NCBI GenBank assembly: GCA_963590445.1
Contig: CAVAPI010000001.1
Location: 1 to 54,082 of the forward strand
DNA length: 54,082 nt
Direction: 5' to 3'
Source of the DNA: Lachnospiraceae bacterium
Lineage (GTDB): Bacteria; Bacteroidota; Bacteroidia; Bacteroidales; Bacteroidaceae
Shown: piece by piece, positions 52,348 to 54,082 of the stretch
Position numbering within the stretch: position 1 is the stretch's first letter
Layout of the letters: every line of letters begins with the position of its first letter
Translations under genes and position numbers: made by a program
Notes under the pieces: generated by a model
Databases searched by the model: none
What the model saw: the letters and a program-made list of their open reading frames with translations, nothing else
Told to the model about the DNA's origin: nothing

Positions 52348-53727
52348 TTATAACGTGTTTCGGAATGTCTTGATTCTCAATGCGACTGCCGCCATTGTCA
52401 CTATCGTGGCGGCCACTGCCACTGCAAAGAACGCGCGGTAGCCCATGGCATCCTGCCACGTTCCCGAACAAAGGCCGCCCAGAAACATCGGCAGGGCTAT
52501 GATTGCCGCCCGCCGGAAGCGCAGTTTCGGCGGTTTCATCTGCCCGTCGGCTGTTGCCATGCCGTGCAGGCACAGCGACAGACCGAAGCCCGCCACAGCC
52601 TGACGCGCCAGGATGAAAAGGCTTACTGTAGTCATGTCGGTGGGCATCTCGTAGCTTAGGTACAGGTAGAAAGCATTGGGAATGGTGGCGGCAAGTGCCA
52701 TCAGCCACATCCAACGGCCGGGTTTCAGCCTGGAAGTGAGGCGTTCGCCTGTCAAGAGGCATAGGGTAAAGGCCGCAAACCCTATCGTTCCCCATGCCAG
52801 ACCGTACTCCGCCGGCGACAAACCGAGGCCTCCGTTGTGTCTGGCATCGATGAAAAAGAGTACTGAAGAGGGCATTGTGAGGCCTTCGGGCAGCAGGAAA
52901 AGCATTATACAGGCGGCAGCTGTCCACGCCGCCGGGGCATTCAGCAGACTTTTCAGCAGCCTTTGCGGCAGTGGGGCGGCGGTTTCCTGACCGTGGGGAA
53001 CATCGTTTTTCCTGTCGGGACTGCCGGTTTCAAAACCGGAAGCCTCGGCTTTTCGGTCTGAAACCTCTTGCTCCGTGTCGGCCGGGGGCAGCGTTGCGCA
53101 GTGCAGAATGGCGAAAAAGGCCATCACACCGGCAAGGATGTAGAACGTAAACTCCCATGATTGCCTTACGTTGCGGGTCAGTACTTCCATGTTACCGGCA
53201 AAGCTGACCGCAAGGCCGTGGCACGTTGTGACCGCAACGAACAGGGCTACGGCATGTAGGGCGGTGTGTCTGCGGGCGTTGGTGACGGCATTGTGCCTCT
53301 CGGCAAGGCGTGCAGCCTCCACGTTGTGCACCACTCCGCACACGCCGGACAGCAGGAAAAGGGTGGCAAGTGTGGCGGGCGTGGCTTCCGACATGATGCT
53401 TGAAGCCACGGCAATGGCGAACAGACTGGCGAGAACCTCCATCGTTACGATGGCGTTGCGGCTGTTGAGCGATGCCGGAACGAGCCTCTCGATGGCCGGA
53501 GCAAACACCCACGGCAGGAAAAGCCACGAACTGTAGTAGGCAATGTCGTCGTTTCCCAGTCCGAGACGCTTGTACAGCACTATCGAAGTGAGCAGAAAAG
53601 CCACTGGAAACCATCCGGCTACGGCCAGCGAAGGCATCCACCGCAGGGGGTGTATGCCCCTCCGGCCGCTTGCCGCAGGTCTCGTTGCCGTGCGGGAGTG
53701 GTGCTCCTGTGTGCCTTTACCGTTCAT
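52348..53727 (-). CDS. AmpG-like MFS transporter, divergent paralogue
   Basis: W.PSL, YKRLGL.N..IA.Y.SWL.LPWV, GGLGLS, GY..FF; start uncertain. Confidence 0.75.
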   Translation of the reverse strand: MNGKGTQEHHSRTATRPAASGRRGIHPLRWMPSLAVAGWFPVAFLLTSIVLYKRLGLGNDDIAYYSSWLFLPWVFAPAIERLVPASLNSRNAIVTMEVLASLFAIAVASSIMSEATPATLATLFLLSGVCGVVHNVEAARLAERHNAVTNARRHTALHAVALFVAVTTCHGLAVSFAGNMEVLTRNVRQSWEFTFYILAGVMAFFAILHCATLPPADTEQEVSDRKAEASGFETGSPDRKNDVPHGQETAAPLPQRLLKSLLNAPAAWTAAACIMLFLLPEGLTMPSSVLFFIDARHNGGLGLSPAEYGLAWGTIGFAAFTLCLLTGERLTSRLKPGRWMWLMALAATIPNAFYLYLSYEMPTDMTTVSLFILARQAVAGFGLSLCLHGMATADGQMKPPKLRFRRAAIIALPMFLGGLCSGTWQDAMGYRAFFAVAVAATIVTMAAVALRIKTFRNTL

Positions 53728-53795
53728 GTCTTGGCTCTTTTCCTTAGTCTGTTTGTGTAGTTTCCGTGCCTGATTGTGATTGGAACCTTGTCGGA

Positions 53796-54080
53796 TTATG
53801 CTTTCTTCATGCCGAATTGCGGGTCTATCTTGACGAACAGGCACACGCCGATGGTGGCCAGGCAGCACAGCATCGTCCAGATAAAGAAGTTCTGGTAGCC
53901 TATCGTCTCCTGTATCCAGCCCGCTGCCATACCCGGAAGCATCATTCCCAAGGCCATAACCCCGGTACATATAGAGTAGTGGGAGGTCTTGTGTTCGCCC
54001 TCAGAGAAGTATATGAGGTAGAGCGTATAGGCGGTGAAGCCGAAGCCGTAGCCGAACTGCTCTATGAAGACGCACAGGTT
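53796..54080 (-). CDS. 3' end of an AmpG-like MFS transporter (partial)
   Basis: Own translation: ...IEQFGYGFGFTAY.LYLIYFSEGEHKTSHY.ICTG.MALGMMLPGM.AGWIQE.IGY.NFF...DPQFGMKKA*. Confidence 0.85.
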   Translation of the reverse strand, partial: NLCVFIEQFGYGFGFTAYTLYLIYFSEGEHKTSHYSICTGVMALGMMLPGMAAGWIQETIGYQNFFIWTMLCCLATIGVCLFVKIDPQFGMKKA

Positions 54081-54082
54081 GA

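Noticed and set aside
53728..53970. N-terminal 80 aa of the 540-aa MFS ORF
   Set aside because: It overlaps the 3' end of the upstream AmpG-like gene in another frame; the real start is at or after 53727.

Overview
A 54-kb window of core chromosome from a Bacteroidales organism, most likely Prevotella-like. This assignment rests on TAnnTTTG promoters, A-rich translation starts, a T9SS-type C-terminal domain and the Bacteroidales atp gene order. Housekeeping genes include rprXY, lptB, tig-clpP-clpX-recQ, rplY-pth-hslR, purN, yhhQ-queF behind a preQ1-I riboswitch, an OadA/PycB-like carboxylase, LptD-like, CPA2 and NhaD-like antiporters, manA, trkAH, dxs, pfkA, the full F1Fo operon, aguAB and two AmpG-like MFS transporters. 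Six things stand out. (1) An accessory cassette at about 15.6-19.6 kb carries a large T9SS-secreted protein whose signal peptide is knocked out of frame by a G9 tract. It is followed by a 69-aa peptide with a YxxP leader-like motif and bracketed by REP-doublet (REPIN-like) hairpin elements. (2) A PARIS-like ABC-ATPase plus TOPRIM (DUF4435-type) pair. (3) A family of degenerate arrays with strict 22-bp period upstream of about seven promoters. (4) A preQ1 riboswitch that appears to act on a start site with no Shine-Dalgarno. (5) Three apparently leaderless genes. (6) A 14-bp inverted repeat bracketing the clpP promoter. No rRNA, tRNA, CRISPR array or transposase was seen. All calls come from reading the sequence and recognising motifs; no searches were run.
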